Of a DNA stretch of 64,000 nt, positions 13,580-25,414 are shown piece after piece; position 1 is the first letter of the stretch, and each line of letters starts with the position of its first letter. Under the pieces are notes generated by a model, which was not told the origin of the DNA, did no database searches, and saw nothing but the letters and a program-made list of their open reading frames with translations. The translations under genes and the position numbers were made by a program. The stretch lies in contig CM075989.1 in assembly GCA_038087875.1 (NCBI GenBank), positions 20,338,001-20,402,000 of the forward strand, in the 5' to 3' direction. Source of the DNA: Malacoraja senta. Taxonomy: Eukaryota.

Positions 13580-14044
13580 GTACAAAATTGCAATGTTTTT
13601 CACTATCTTAAAAATGTGAATAATTAAACAGCTCATCAGTTTACAGCTACAATTACTGTATTTTCCAAATGGTGATATACACAAAAATAAAGCCAATCTA
13701 TTTATTTTAAAAAGCATTCCATATGCATAGAAGCCACTGCTTACATCTGTATACAAAATTATGGTATTAATTCAGAAATTCACGCCAACGGTTTTCAGGT
13801 CAAGTACATTTTCTATCATTTGGCTACATTCATTCTTTACGGTATGAAAATGAAAAAAGAGTGCATCCCCCTCACAAACCATTAGAATCTGCATTCTACC
13901 AAACGTTTCACTTAACAAAAAATCTATTTCTCCTCAAGCTATCTTGAGGGATATTCGTTATTTACTTTTATGCAACTTCAGGACAGATGATACAGGTCGT
14001 ACTGTTATAATGAGATAGCTGCGTTCCTAAGAGAACACATTTGT

Positions 14045-14117
14045 GTTATAAAAACAATTGTGTCTATGGGAAACAGGGGGGTTATAAAAACAATTGTGTC
14101 TATGGGAAACAGGGGGG
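14045..14117. repeat. 36-bp tandem duplication
   Basis: GTTATAAAAACAATTGTGTCTATGGGAAACAGGGGG occurs twice (14045 and 14081). Confidence 0.95.
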
Positions 14118-14969
14118 TAAGGGATGAGGAGTTTCAGATTTTTAATAATAAAGTTACTTTTCATGCAAGATTTTCAAACATAACTGTTTTCATTACTGCA
14201 AGTTAAAAATATTGAAAAGTGTATTTTTACAATGTTTTATGATACATATGTCAATTGCTCGTCAATTTCTAATTGTCTCCCACCGAGATAATGTTGTATG
14301 ATTACTGCAGTGTGGTTACATGAAAACAGTTTTTCTCCTAGACTTTTTGTTTCCCACTGCAGCATTTTTTCAGCTTGTCAATTTCCAAAGTAACTTCCAA
14401 GTGCTTCTCCAGTCACATTATAACTGATTCATGTCATGTAAATAGTGTTCCCCAATACATCAATCGTGTTATGTCCAATTTGCATTATGGAAACATGGTT
14501 AAAACTGATCTCAATGGTGGTTCAATAGTTCTTTATTGTCACATGTGCAAATCCACAGTAGCGGGTTTCTCTTCTTTAGAAACATAGAAAATAGGTGCAG
14601 GAGTAGGCCATTCGGCCCTTCGAGCCAGCACCACCATTCAATATGATCATAGCTGAATCAGTACCCCGTTCCTGCTTTCTTCCCATATCCCTTGATTCCG
14701 TTAGCCCTAAGAGCTATATCCAACTCTCTCTTGAATACTTTATCTGTTCATCAGTCACAAATGTATCAAGAGCTGTTAAGGTTTAAAAACACCAGCTTTA
14801 AAAAACATAACCCTTGACTTGCGGCAAAGAAACAAACCGTGAAACATTTTACAGATGCACTGAGTACAGAGAAGTAAATGAAAAATGTTGATGGTAACTT
14901 ATTTTTTGTGTCAAATATACATTGTTTGCATTCATTAAATTACAATGTGTGATTCTGATACATCCTCAG

Positions 14970-15141
14970 ATGTGTCTTCCAGCCTGGAATGAAATACACT
15001 ATTTTATTGATCATGCTAGTCATCATCGACTGGTCCATCCTTTCAGTTTTAGTGAGCGAAATCATCCTCCGGTGGCTTCAAGACTTTGTCAAATTTTGGA
15101 GCAGCGGCTGGAATGTCTTTGACTTGACAGTACTAATCATA
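14970..15141 (+). CDS. CATSPER2: CATSPER2 coding exon 4 (S2-S3); apparent 1-nt frameshift near 14988
   Basis: Encodes MKYTILLIMLVIIDWSILSVLVSEIILRWLQDFVKFWSSGWNVFDLTVLII, with the WNVFD channel motif. Acceptor cctcag ends 14969, donor ATA|GTAAGA. Its 172-nt length is one base short of phase compatibility. Confidence 0.85.
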
Positions 15142-16284
15142 GTAAGAAATACATTATGTTTAGAAGTAAAAACAAGGAACTGATGGTTGACCAAAAAAAC
15201 CCCCGCAAAGTGCTGGAGTAACATCGGGTCAGGCAGCATCTCTGCAGATCCTTCTTCAGATTGGAGAAAGCTGGAAAAGAGTGGTGGGGATGGGACAGAG
15301 CATCAGGTGGATAAAGGTGAAGGGGGGGGGGGAGGGGGGGGGGGGCAGGTGGTGATTGAATTTCAGGTCCCAACACAAAATGTCACCTATTCATTCTCTT
15401 TAGAGATGCTGCCTGACTCCCTGAATTACCTCAGCAATTTGTGTCTTTTTTTAATATATAGAAGACTGTTTTAATTATTGTTGTTGTCTTCCTCTTTCAT
15501 TTAAATAGATATTACGTTTACTTAAAAAAGTTTGCTAGCTTCTTGGAGTGAGTATCGTTTGATTACCAGAGTCTTTCAGTGCATAGATTAGAATCAACTA
15601 GTGTGGTGATACCTTAGACTGTGTTAGTGCCTCCCCCATAACTGCAGTTTAAGCATTATTGTCAGTTCATGTCCAGCGAAATTGATATAAACAAAGAGAG
15701 ATAAGTAAAAGTAATTATTGAACACACCAGGAACTGGCTGAACACATTGTGTTCAGTTTTGGTCACCCTGCTATGGGATAGATGGCTTCTGTGAATATCA
15801 GCAGAATCAATCCGTGGATCATGTGTTGGAAGGATCTGCAGATGCTGGTTCAAACCGAAGGGAGACTCAAAAAGCTGGAGTAACTCAGCTCGACCCGACA
15901 TGTCACCTATTCCTTTTCTCCAAAGATGCTGTCTGACCCGCTGAGTTACTCCAGCTTTTTGTGTCAAACTATGGATCATATGCTCTGAGGAGCGGCAGCA
16001 CCATAATTCAGCACATGAGCAGATGCCTGTGCAGAATATTGGGATCAAACTATCTAGAAAGGTTGGGATGGAGATACAATAATGAAGAATGACACTCTGG
16101 ACAATATTATCCTTTCTTACGTACTGACTATCCCCTTATCTACTCCCTCTAGAATTCAGTTGTCTCCTTTTGGGTCCTGACAACTCCCCCCCCCCCCCCC
16201 CAATTAATTTAGTAAGCTTATCTAGACTAATGGCTTTAATAGACCAATCTGAAGACTATAGTTTTTACTCTTTTAATTGCCATT

Positions 16285-16484
16285 NNNNNNNNNNNNNNNN
16301 NNNNNNNNNNNNNNNNNNNNNNNNNNNNNNNNNNNNNNNNNNNNNNNNNNNNNNNNNNNNNNNNNNNNNNNNNNNNNNNNNNNNNNNNNNNNNNNNNNNN
16401 NNNNNNNNNNNNNNNNNNNNNNNNNNNNNNNNNNNNNNNNNNNNNNNNNNNNNNNNNNNNNNNNNNNNNNNNNNNNNNNNNNNN
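16285..16484. other. Assembly gap (200 N)
   Basis: Run of 200 N, located where the CATSPER2 S3-S4 exon is expected. Confidence 1.
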
Positions 16485-16570
16485 ATAATTAATATAGAAC
16501 TGAGAGAATAGGCACTGCTATCTTACCACCGTGTGCAGTAAAGTGACATTTTGATTTTTATCGATCCCAG

Positions 16571-16695
16571 GCAATGACTTTCATCTTGATGTTAGTGCTG
16601 TTATTTGCCTATATGTTTGCAATAGTTGGAGTGTCACTTTTTCGAATCTACACAGAATCTGGCAACCCAGGACGTGACTATAAGTCAGCTTTTGT
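16571..16695 (+). CDS. CATSPER2: CATSPER2 S5 exon
   Basis: tcccag acceptor. Encodes AMTFILMLVLLFAYMFAIVGVSLFRIYTESGNPGRDYKSAF (cf. SMTFLLMLLLIFFYIFAVTGV). 125 nt, donor GT|GTAAGT, phase 2. Confidence 0.92.
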
Positions 16696-17233
16696 GTAAG
16701 TGCATTATAAAACCTCTCCAAAAATGTCAACTTAGTTAACTTTGAAAAATTTAGCACTTCCGAATGCAAGATGTGTGTGTGTGTTCATTTTTGACAGTAA
16801 TTTTACCAGGGTTAAGATTCTACTAATTAAGTCTAGTTAAGTCTATTCTTGAAATGTACGATTTCTTCAAAAATAGGTTGCACTGCAAAAGACAATATGT
16901 TGTATTGAGGAGTATAATCTTATTGAGGTGTACTAAATCATGAGAGGAATAGATCGGGTAGATGCACAGTCGCTTGCACAGACTAGGTGAATCGAGGATC
17001 AGAGGACATAGGTTTAAGGTGAAGGGGAAAAGATGTAATAATAATGTGAGGGGTGTCATGTTAGACTAACAGACGTGCACCTAGCTCCTCTCCCGAAAAA
17101 CTTCACGATTTATCGTGTAAAACGGGTCCAGAAATCGGGATTGTTTTTAAAAACCTTACCGGAGCCTCTGGTCACGAGCTGATGACGTCATCGTTAAACG
17201 CGATGTTTTAAACGGTGGTTTGAAGCCCTTTAA

Positions 17234-18208
17234 ATGAGTAAACTGTCTCCAGCTGTGAGCCCTCAGAGAGCAGTGAAAAAGCTGTTGAAAGACCAGAAGA
17301 AGTCTGAAGCAGAAGTTACTTCTGAAGTTACCTCTGAAGTCTCTGAAGTGGCTGCAGAAATGGATACAAGATCTAAGAAAGACTTTGATGACTTGAAGAA
17401 ATCAATGAAAAATTTGAAAGATGAGATTTCGGATAATATGAAGGAAGATAAGAAGGAAATGAAGGAAAATAGGATGGAAGATAAGAAGGAAATGAGGGAA
17501 AATACGGCAAAAATGATGGAAGGAATGGAGAAGATGATGAAGGATTTAAACGCTGGTAACCAGAAGAATATGATGGACTTACTGGACATTATGAATAAAC
17601 GAATTGATGAGGTGAAAGATGGACTATCAGAGAAAATGGATAAGATGGATGTAACTACTACGGATAAGTTCACGGTTGTGCTTGAAACAGTAGCTGCAAG
17701 TATGCACACAATTACGGAATTGGAGAAAAACACGGCTCGAGTGGTTGAAGACATGGCGAAACTGAGGCAAGAATATGAGCAAATGAGGCGAGAAAACGAA
17801 CAAGCTTCACTACAGATGGTGACTCAACTGGAGAAAGTCTCAGCCAAATGCCTGGACCTGGAAGCTCGCTCTAGACGCCAGAATTTGAGAATTCTTGGTG
17901 TTTCAGAGGGGGCAGAAGGGGAGCAGGTACGTGAATTTGCCATGGGCTTGTTGAAACAACTGTTGAATCTTTCCAAGGAACCGAAAATCGAAGTGGCTCA
18001 TCGTGTCCCAAGATTTAAACAAAGATCTGGTGCGGGAAAAGCTTATCCACGACATATTATTGTGAAATTTCGGGATACTGTAGAACTGGAATATGTTATG
18101 AGCAAAATCAAATACGGTGTACAACTGCGGATGGACAAGGACACTATTAAGATATTCAGGGACTACCCATTCAAATATGCCCAAACTATCGTTGAAAAAC
18201 AGAAATGA
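17234..18208 (+). CDS. L1 ORF1p (coiled coil plus RRM-like region; C-terminus appears truncated)
   Basis: Long K/E/M-rich coiled coil followed by DLEARSRRQNLRILGVSEGAE, AHRV and PRHIIVKF motifs typical of L1 ORF1. Confidence 0.9.
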   Translation: MSKLSPAVSPQRAVKKLLKDQKKSEAEVTSEVTSEVSEVAAEMDTRSKKDFDDLKKSMKNLKDEISDNMKEDKKEMKENRMEDKKEMRENTAKMMEGMEKMMKDLNAGNQKNMMDLLDIMNKRIDEVKDGLSEKMDKMDVTTTDKFTVVLETVAASMHTITELEKNTARVVEDMAKLRQEYEQMRRENEQASLQMVTQLEKVSAKCLDLEARSRRQNLRILGVSEGAEGEQVREFAMGLLKQLLNLSKEPKIEVAHRVPRFKQRSGAGKAYPRHIIVKFRDTVELEYVMSKIKYGVQLRMDKDTIKIFRDYPFKYAQTIVEKQK

Positions 18209-19019
18209 AAGGGAGTTTTGGCAGAACTGTACTATTCTAAGCAATGCTTTGTCTGGGGATAGTTACACTGTTATCTTTGGAATGTTGAATCAAGGACATT
18301 TTCTGTTCAAAACGTGTAAACAACTGAACAGTTGGAATATAAACCAGAAAATAATTGCTTATTGATTAAAATATTATAACCAATTGTAAGAACTTATCCT
18401 ATTAACAACTTAACAAGTTATGTAGGTTAGATTAGAATACTAACAAAAACAAAAATAAAAAATAATGAACTAACATACTAATATGAATTTTTAATAAATT
18501 GTAACCTTATCTATAAGTGGGAGGAGGGGATGAGAAACGAGCACCTGGCTTATGTCCAGGGGCACGTCTCGTTAACCCCTTCAACCAACAGTTGATTCTT
18601 ATTGAAGTCAAAAATATTGGTTTAATAATTAAACTCCGATATATATATATGTTATAAGGAAATATCAGGGTAAAATTGTATTATATATCTGAATGTGAGG
18701 CCTCGTTTTAATATTTTAATATGTTATGATTAACTAAGAGAGCGGAGCTATTTGTGTAACAACGCAATGGAAGTCAAAACAAGTTTTTTTCCCACCTACA
18801 GGTGGGACACTCGCTACAGTGCCGACTATATTAGACACTGTAGCCTCACTTTTTTAGGGTTTTTTTTACCACATAAAATCACTTGTTTGTGTTTTGTGTT
18901 TAGTGATAAGCGTAAAATGGACATACCAGCAAAATTTATTAATTCAAAAACTCCCCCAATACCTAAAGACCTGGGATATGGACGCACCACAAGATTCAAA
19001 GGTACTATAATTATTCAAA

Positions 19020-22000
19020 ATGCATGACACCACACAAAAGAACCTAGGAGGAATCTCATTTTGTAGTTGGAATATAAGAGGTATTAACGAACCTATTAAA
19101 AGGGGTAAGATACTAGCTCAGCTGAAACTGTACAACTCTGACATTACCTTCCTACAAGAAACACACCTAAAACCTCAGGATCAAGTTAGACTGAGGGCGA
19201 AATGGATAGGTCAAACATACCATTCTTCATTTACTTCAAAATCTAGAGGCACGTCAATCATGATAAGAAAAGGTATACCATTTAAAGCAAAGAATATTAT
19301 AACAGATATAGAAGGGAGATACCTAATAGTTAATGGAGAAATCCATGACACTCCACTTACTTTGGTAAATATATATGCCCCTAACTTTGATAACCCCCAC
19401 TTTTTCAATAAAATTTTCAACATAATTGCAGAGTCAAACTATCAAAATGTTATAATAGGAGGAGACTTTAACTGTGTTTTAGACCCGTACCTAGATAAAT
19501 CAAGTCAAAAACAGAGAGGGAATATGAAATCGAAAACTGGGGAACTCCTCAATACCTATATAAATAACACTAATATAGCAGATGTTTGGAGAATTGTTGA
19601 TCCAACTGGCAGGGAATATTCGTTTTACTCAATGGTACATAAGACATACTCACGTATAGACTACTTTCTGCTGGATACAAAATTAATCCCCCAAACATCT
19701 AATGCAATATACCATACAAATTCAATTTCAGACCATTCCCCACTAACTTTCTTTTTAAAACTGGAAGGATTGTCTAAGAATAAATCGTTCTGGAGATTTT
19801 AAAGCATACATTAGGGGTATTATAATTTCATATCAAGCTTTTCAAAATAAAAAGAATAAGAATGAACAAAGACAGTTAGAAGAACTTATTAGACAAATGG
19901 ATATAGATAATGCTAAAGATCCATCAATAGATAAACATAATAAAATAATAATTTTAAAATTTAAATTAAATAAATTATTATCTGCCAAACTTATAAGACT
20001 TTTTCAAATTACAAAACAAGAGCACTTTGAATTTGGGGATAAACCGCATAAACTTTTGGCTCGCCAGCTAAAAAAACGAGAAAAGGAACATACTATACCA
20101 AAGATCAAATCAGATAAAGGGGAATTATTAACAACACCGAAGGATATTAATAAAAGATTTGCGCAATTTTACAAGAATTTGTATACATCTAAAACGATAA
20201 TTGATTCCGATAATATCACAAAGTTCTTGGATACCTGTAATCTTCCAAAGTTAGAGCTGAAGGAACAAGAGGAACTGGGTGCACAAATCTCAATTAAGGA
20301 ATTAGAAGATACAATAAACTCATTAAAGAATGGAAAAACACCAGGCCCTGATGGATTTACTAATGAATTTTATAAAAGCTTTTATGATAAACTAATACCA
20401 AGATTACAAAAAATGTACCAATACGCTTTTAAAAAACGAATACTACCTGATACATTAGCGGAATCAACGATTACATTAATACCTAAGAAAAATAAAGATC
20501 TAGAAGAACCTGGTTCATATAGAGCTATAGCATTGTTAAACACAGATCAAAAAATATTAGCGAAAACATTAGCTAGAAGATTAAGTAAATACATTAGTAA
20601 ATTAATAAACCCAGATCAGACAGGGTTTATCCCTAAGAGATACTCTTCTAATAATATGAGATGTCTACTCAACATAATGCACTCACACAAATCTGAAGAT
20701 CAAGAATTATCAATTATTTCGCTGGATGCTGAAAAAGCATTTGATCAAGTAGAATGGAATTATATGGATAAAGTATTACAAAAATTTCAACTGGGAGAGA
20801 ATTTTATTTTATGGATTAAGTTACTATATAATAAACCTACAGCTAGAATACTAACTAATAACATATTATCCTCGAAATTTCAACTATCAAGGGGAAATAG
20901 ACAAGGATGCTCATTATCACCACAGCTGTTTGCTCTCATTATTGAACCGCTAGCAGAAAAAATTAGAATACACCCTGATATTCATGGATATAATACTAAA
21001 GACTCATATAATAAAATATCTTTATACGCGGATGATATATTACTGTATATAACAAAACCTCAAATTACTATACCAAATATATTAAATTTAATTGAACACT
21101 TTGGATCTTTTTCTGGATATAGAATAAATTGGAATAAAAGTGAAATTATGTCAATAAAACCGAAAGATTCAACACATCTTTTAAAATTCCCTTTTAAAAT
21201 AGCTACAGAAAAATTTAAATATTTGGGAATCAAAATTACCAGAACATATCAAGGTATGTTCAGGGCAAATTTTGACCCCCTACTTAATAAATTAAATACA
21301 CTAATTAAATTCTGGAAAACGCTCCCGATGTCTTTAATAGGCCGAATAAACGCAATAAAAATGATCTTTTTACCACAAATTTTATACCTATTTCAATCAA
21401 TTCCTATATACTTACCTAAGAAGTTTTTTAAAAAACTCGACTCAGATATCACTAATTTTATATGGGACTATAAATCACATAGAATACAAAAAACTCATCT
21501 GAATAAACCTAAAGTATTGGGGGGTTTAGCACTACCTAATTTTATGTATTATTATTGGTCAGTAAATATTAAAAACATGATTCAACTGATGGATAACTCC
21601 GCCCAGCAAGTAGACTGGATTGTAATGGAGAAAGAGGATTGCTCCTCTAGAAACATTGGAGCGATCCTCCTCTCTCCAATGAAACTGAATAACATAAATT
21701 ATAATAAGAACCCAATTATTCATAGTACAATCCGTATTTGGAAACAAATAAAACAAAATTTAAAATTAAGAAATTTATCACTTTTATTACCTATAGTCAA
21801 TAACCCTTCGTTTAGTCCTTCTATTATAGATAAAGCTTATACACAATGGGATAGACTAGGAATTAAAACGCTGGTGACTTGTATGAAACTGGAAAATTAC
21901 TTTCATTTCAACAATTACAAATAAAATATAAACTCGGAAATAATCAATATTTTAAATATTTTCAAATATGCGACTATTTGAAAAAATATACAAAAGATCA

Positions 22001-22694
22001 TTATAATAACCCAGTAGATGTATTGGACGAGGCAATGCAGATAAAAGCGGAATCAGCAAACTTAATATCATATTTGTATAATATTATTTTAAATGTACAA
22101 ATACCACCTACGGAGGGTATCAGAAGAGACTGGGAACAAGAGTTAGCTATTAAAATTTCAAAGGAAAGTTGGAATGAATACTTATTAAACGTGCATAAAT
22201 GCTCGATTAATGTAAGACACACTTTAATACAATTTAAAATTTTACATAGATTATATTATTCGAAAACTAAAATTCATAAAATTTTCCCAAACGTATCATC
22301 TATTTGTGATAAATGTCAATCCCAAGAAGCTACTATAGCGCACTCATTCGTCTTCTGTACAAAAATTCAAAAATTTTGGAATGAAATTTTTGAAATCTTT
22401 ACAAAGTTATTTAAAACAAGACTGATACCCAAAGCAGAATGGATTATCTTCGGAATAACGGAAGATGATCCAGAACTAAATGTGTTTCAAAAGAAATTAA
22501 TGGACTATGGGTTAATAACTGGAAAAAAGCTAATTCTAAAATTTTGGAAGAAGGCTCCAATACCAACTATAAATATGTGGATTTCAAATATGTTTGAAAC
22601 ATTACACCTAGAAGAGATAAGACTCCTCCTAGCAGGTAAACCAGATCACTTCCACCTGACGTGGTCTGCATTTATAGAATTATTACAAACATAG
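19020..22694 (+). pseudogene. L1 ORF2 (endonuclease/reverse transcriptase) broken into three ORFs
   Basis: EN motifs SWNIRG, LQETH, GGDFN, SRIDY and SDH in 19020-19802. RT motifs PGPDG, DAEKAFD, RQGCSLSP and YADD in 19897-21924. CDKC..H...C in 21879-22694. Breaks near 19800 and 21875. Confidence 0.93.
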
Positions 22695-23766
22695 GGTGCA
22701 AAAGTACTTTAAAAAATAAATAAAAAATTGAAGTCAGGTAAGGGGGGATGATAGTTGAAGAGTTGGTATGTCCTATTTACGTAATACTCAAAAAAAAATA
22801 TATATATTTTTTTTTTCTTTTTCCTCTCTTTCTCTTTTTTTTCCTAGGGCCTATCTCTTAACTCTTTTTTTTTAGTTTTTAATTTCGCTCTTATAGGGTC
22901 TTCGTCCTTTTTTGTTGTTACATTTTCTACACTTTTCTACACTTTCACTTTTTCCTTCACTTTCTTCTTTCTTTCAATCTTTTCCTTTTCTAGTGTAAAA
23001 AAAAAAAAAATAAAGGGAGTACATTAATTGTAAGAAGATACAAATGACGAGTATTAATGTATGTGGTTGTAATGTAATGTACTTCTAATAAATAAAAATT
23101 AAAAAAAATAATAATAATAATAATAATGTGAGGGGTCACTTTTTCACACAAAGAGTGGTAGGTGTATGGAACAAGTTGCCAGCGGAGGTAGTTGAGGCAG
23201 GGACTAACCCAACGTTTAAGAAACAGTTAGACATGTACATGGATAGGACAGGTTTGGAGGGATATGGACCAAACGCAGGCCGGTGGGAGTGGAGTAGCTG
23301 GGACATGTTGGCCGGTGTGGGCAAGTTGGGTCAAAGGGCCTGTATCACTGTATCACTCTATGACTCTATGACTCTAAGTCAGTGTCATCATCAGCATTCC
23401 AGATCAGGCATTACATGAATTAATTTAGTGTAGTTTCAGTAATAATCTCATACAATTCCATAACCCTGAGCATGGGCAGGTTCTTAATGTTGTACTTACA
23501 AGACATCCCCTACATAGGTACAATTGCAGGCATCACAAAAAAACGGACAACTGTGAACTAATTATTAGAAGTTTCCACTCTGTTGGAATTTCTGCTAGTA
23601 ATGGTTTCAGGCAGGTCCGTGCAGTAAGTAAAATGGACAGGAATTAATAGCATACACACCCTTTTTAAAAAAACTTATTTTTTGAACAGATATTCAGATT
23701 TTTCGTGTTGGTTTTGCAACTAGTTGCATAGAAGTGTAACGTAATTATTATATATTTTTTTGCAAG

Positions 23767-23945
23767 TAATATCTTGCACACATTGCAGACCCTATTTCAG
23801 TTGTTTACTCTGGACCATTGGCACGCATTGCTCATCGACATATGGAAAGTAGATGAAGTTGACAAAATTGCAAGTGGCATCTACATAATATTCTGGATCC
23901 TGATCGGCTCTTTCATATTCAGAAATATAATTGTGGGAATAATGG
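23767..23945 (+). CDS. CATSPER2: CATSPER2 pore loop and S6 exon
   Basis: Encodes NILHTLQTLFQLFTLDHWHALLIDIWKV...IYIIFWILIGSFIFRNIIVGIM. TLDHW is the CatSper2 selectivity-filter motif. 179 nt, donor G|GTAAGC. Confidence 0.95.
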
Positions 23946-25314
23946 GTAAGCAAAAATATAGTTTTGTTTGTTAATCATCGCCACGTTAAATAGCAAGTGC
24001 AAATTACATCCGTTGGTACATGGCGAGGATAGGTTTGGAGCCCACACAGAATTCAGACTGAAAATGTACTTTGTGTTAGCAGTGGTTCTAAATCAATAGG
24101 AAAAGTAAAAAGCCTACGGATTTTATTTATGATCATTCATTGGAAGTGAGCATTGCTCAGAAGGAAGTTGTTTATTGTTCATTCCCAATGCTAACGGGCA
24201 ACTACATTGCTCAGAGATTGGAGTGACGCTAGTCCTAAATGGGCAAGGATGGCCGATTTCCTTCCCTAAAAGGCATTTGTGAATCAGATGGGCACTGAAG
24301 ACAAGCATTGGATGCATCCTCACTATTACTGATATAAAAAATATATTTTACATTTATTAAGTTAATTGAATTTAATACCCCCACTGCTGTGACGCCATTC
24401 AAACCCATAATCCTGGATTTTCAGTCCAGAACTCTGTATTACTGGAAGAACTCTGCGGCTCACGCAGGAACTGGGATGATAATGGACAGGTGATGTTTCA
24501 GGTCAGGACCCTTCTTCATATTGAAGATGGGTCCCGATCTGAAATGCCGTTTATCCTTTCCATCCTCAGATGCTACCTGACCCGCTGAGTTTCTCCAGCA
24601 CTTTGTGTTTTGCTCAAGATTCCAGCATCTGCAGTCTCTTGTTTTCATATTGTTTTTGTTCTCTCTTGCCAATAATACTGATTTGTGACTAAACAGGCGA
24701 GTGAGCCTTTTTCTGTTCTGCTCGTCAGATCCTGGGACCTGTTCCCTTGTAACACTGTATTTTTTGTTTAGTTTAGAGATACAGTGCGGGAACAGGCCCT
24801 TCAGCCCACCGAGTCCGCACTGACCAGCGATCCCCGCACACTAACACTAAGGAAAATGTTCACATATTTATACCATGCCAATTAACCTACCAACCTGTAC
24901 GTCTTTGAAGTGTGGTAGGTGCTGTAAGCATTGTAAGTCAGCAACTCTACCGCTGCGCCATCGTGCTGCACTTTCAGTAACAAAACCACTGTGTTACTGT
25001 GTAGGAAAGAATTTAACAGAGGAGAACTTCTTCAAAGTCGACATACCTTGAGGTTAAGAGATAACTTCTTCAAATAAGAGAGGAGGAGAACTTCTTCAAT
25101 GTCTGAAGAAGGGACTCGACCCAAAACGTCACCGATGAATCTGAAGAAAGGTCTTGACCCGAAATGTCACCTATTCCTTCTTTTGTGTCTACCACTGTGT
25201 CACCGTGTCTCATAAACATGATACAAAGGAAATTGAGTTTTTAGAATTTCATTTCAAAATTAATATGCAAAATCTTATTGTAGCTGCTAAATGTTTTAAA
25301 TATTTTATCCGCAG

Positions 25315-25414
25315 TGAGCAATTTTCAGACCATAAGAAATGATCTATCAGCACAAGTTCAGCAGCTTGAAGACCAACGAAAGGCAGAACAATTTAAAATA
25401 CAGATTATGCAGAG
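25315..25414 (+). CDS. CATSPER2: CATSPER2 post-S6 exon
   Basis: Encodes VSNFQTIRNDLSAQVQQLEDQRKAEQFKIQIMQR (cf. VTNFQNIRKEL...KADMFKRQIIQR). 100 nt, AG/GT boundaries, phases compatible. Confidence 0.92.

Larger units (their letters stand above)
17055..23117 (+). mobile_element. Full-length, disrupted L1-clade LINE in a CATSPER2 intron
   Basis: ORF1, then APE endonuclease, RT and a C-terminal Cys/His motif. AATAAA plus an A/(AAT)n tail. ~18-19 bp TSD (T)AATAATAATGTGAGGGGT at 17036-17054 and 23118-23136. Confidence 0.95.
16915..23375 (+). mobile_element. CR1 3' relic split by the L1 insertion (pieces ~16915-17054 and 23118-23375)
   Basis: RGHRFKVKGKR lies left of the L1 and continues as RGHFFTQRVVGVWNKLP on the right. 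Confidence 0.8.

Noticed and set aside
15509..15570. Acceptor followed by ILRLLKK, reminiscent of the missing S4 segment
   Set aside because: Stops follow within a few codons, the preceding S3-S4 residues are absent, and the match is too short to distinguish from chance.
16170..16511. ORFs spanning X residues
   Set aside because: Artefacts of the N gap.
17263..17754. 163-aa Ser/Ile/Phe-rich minus-strand ORF
   Set aside because: Antisense shadow of the purine-rich L1 ORF1 coiled-coil region.
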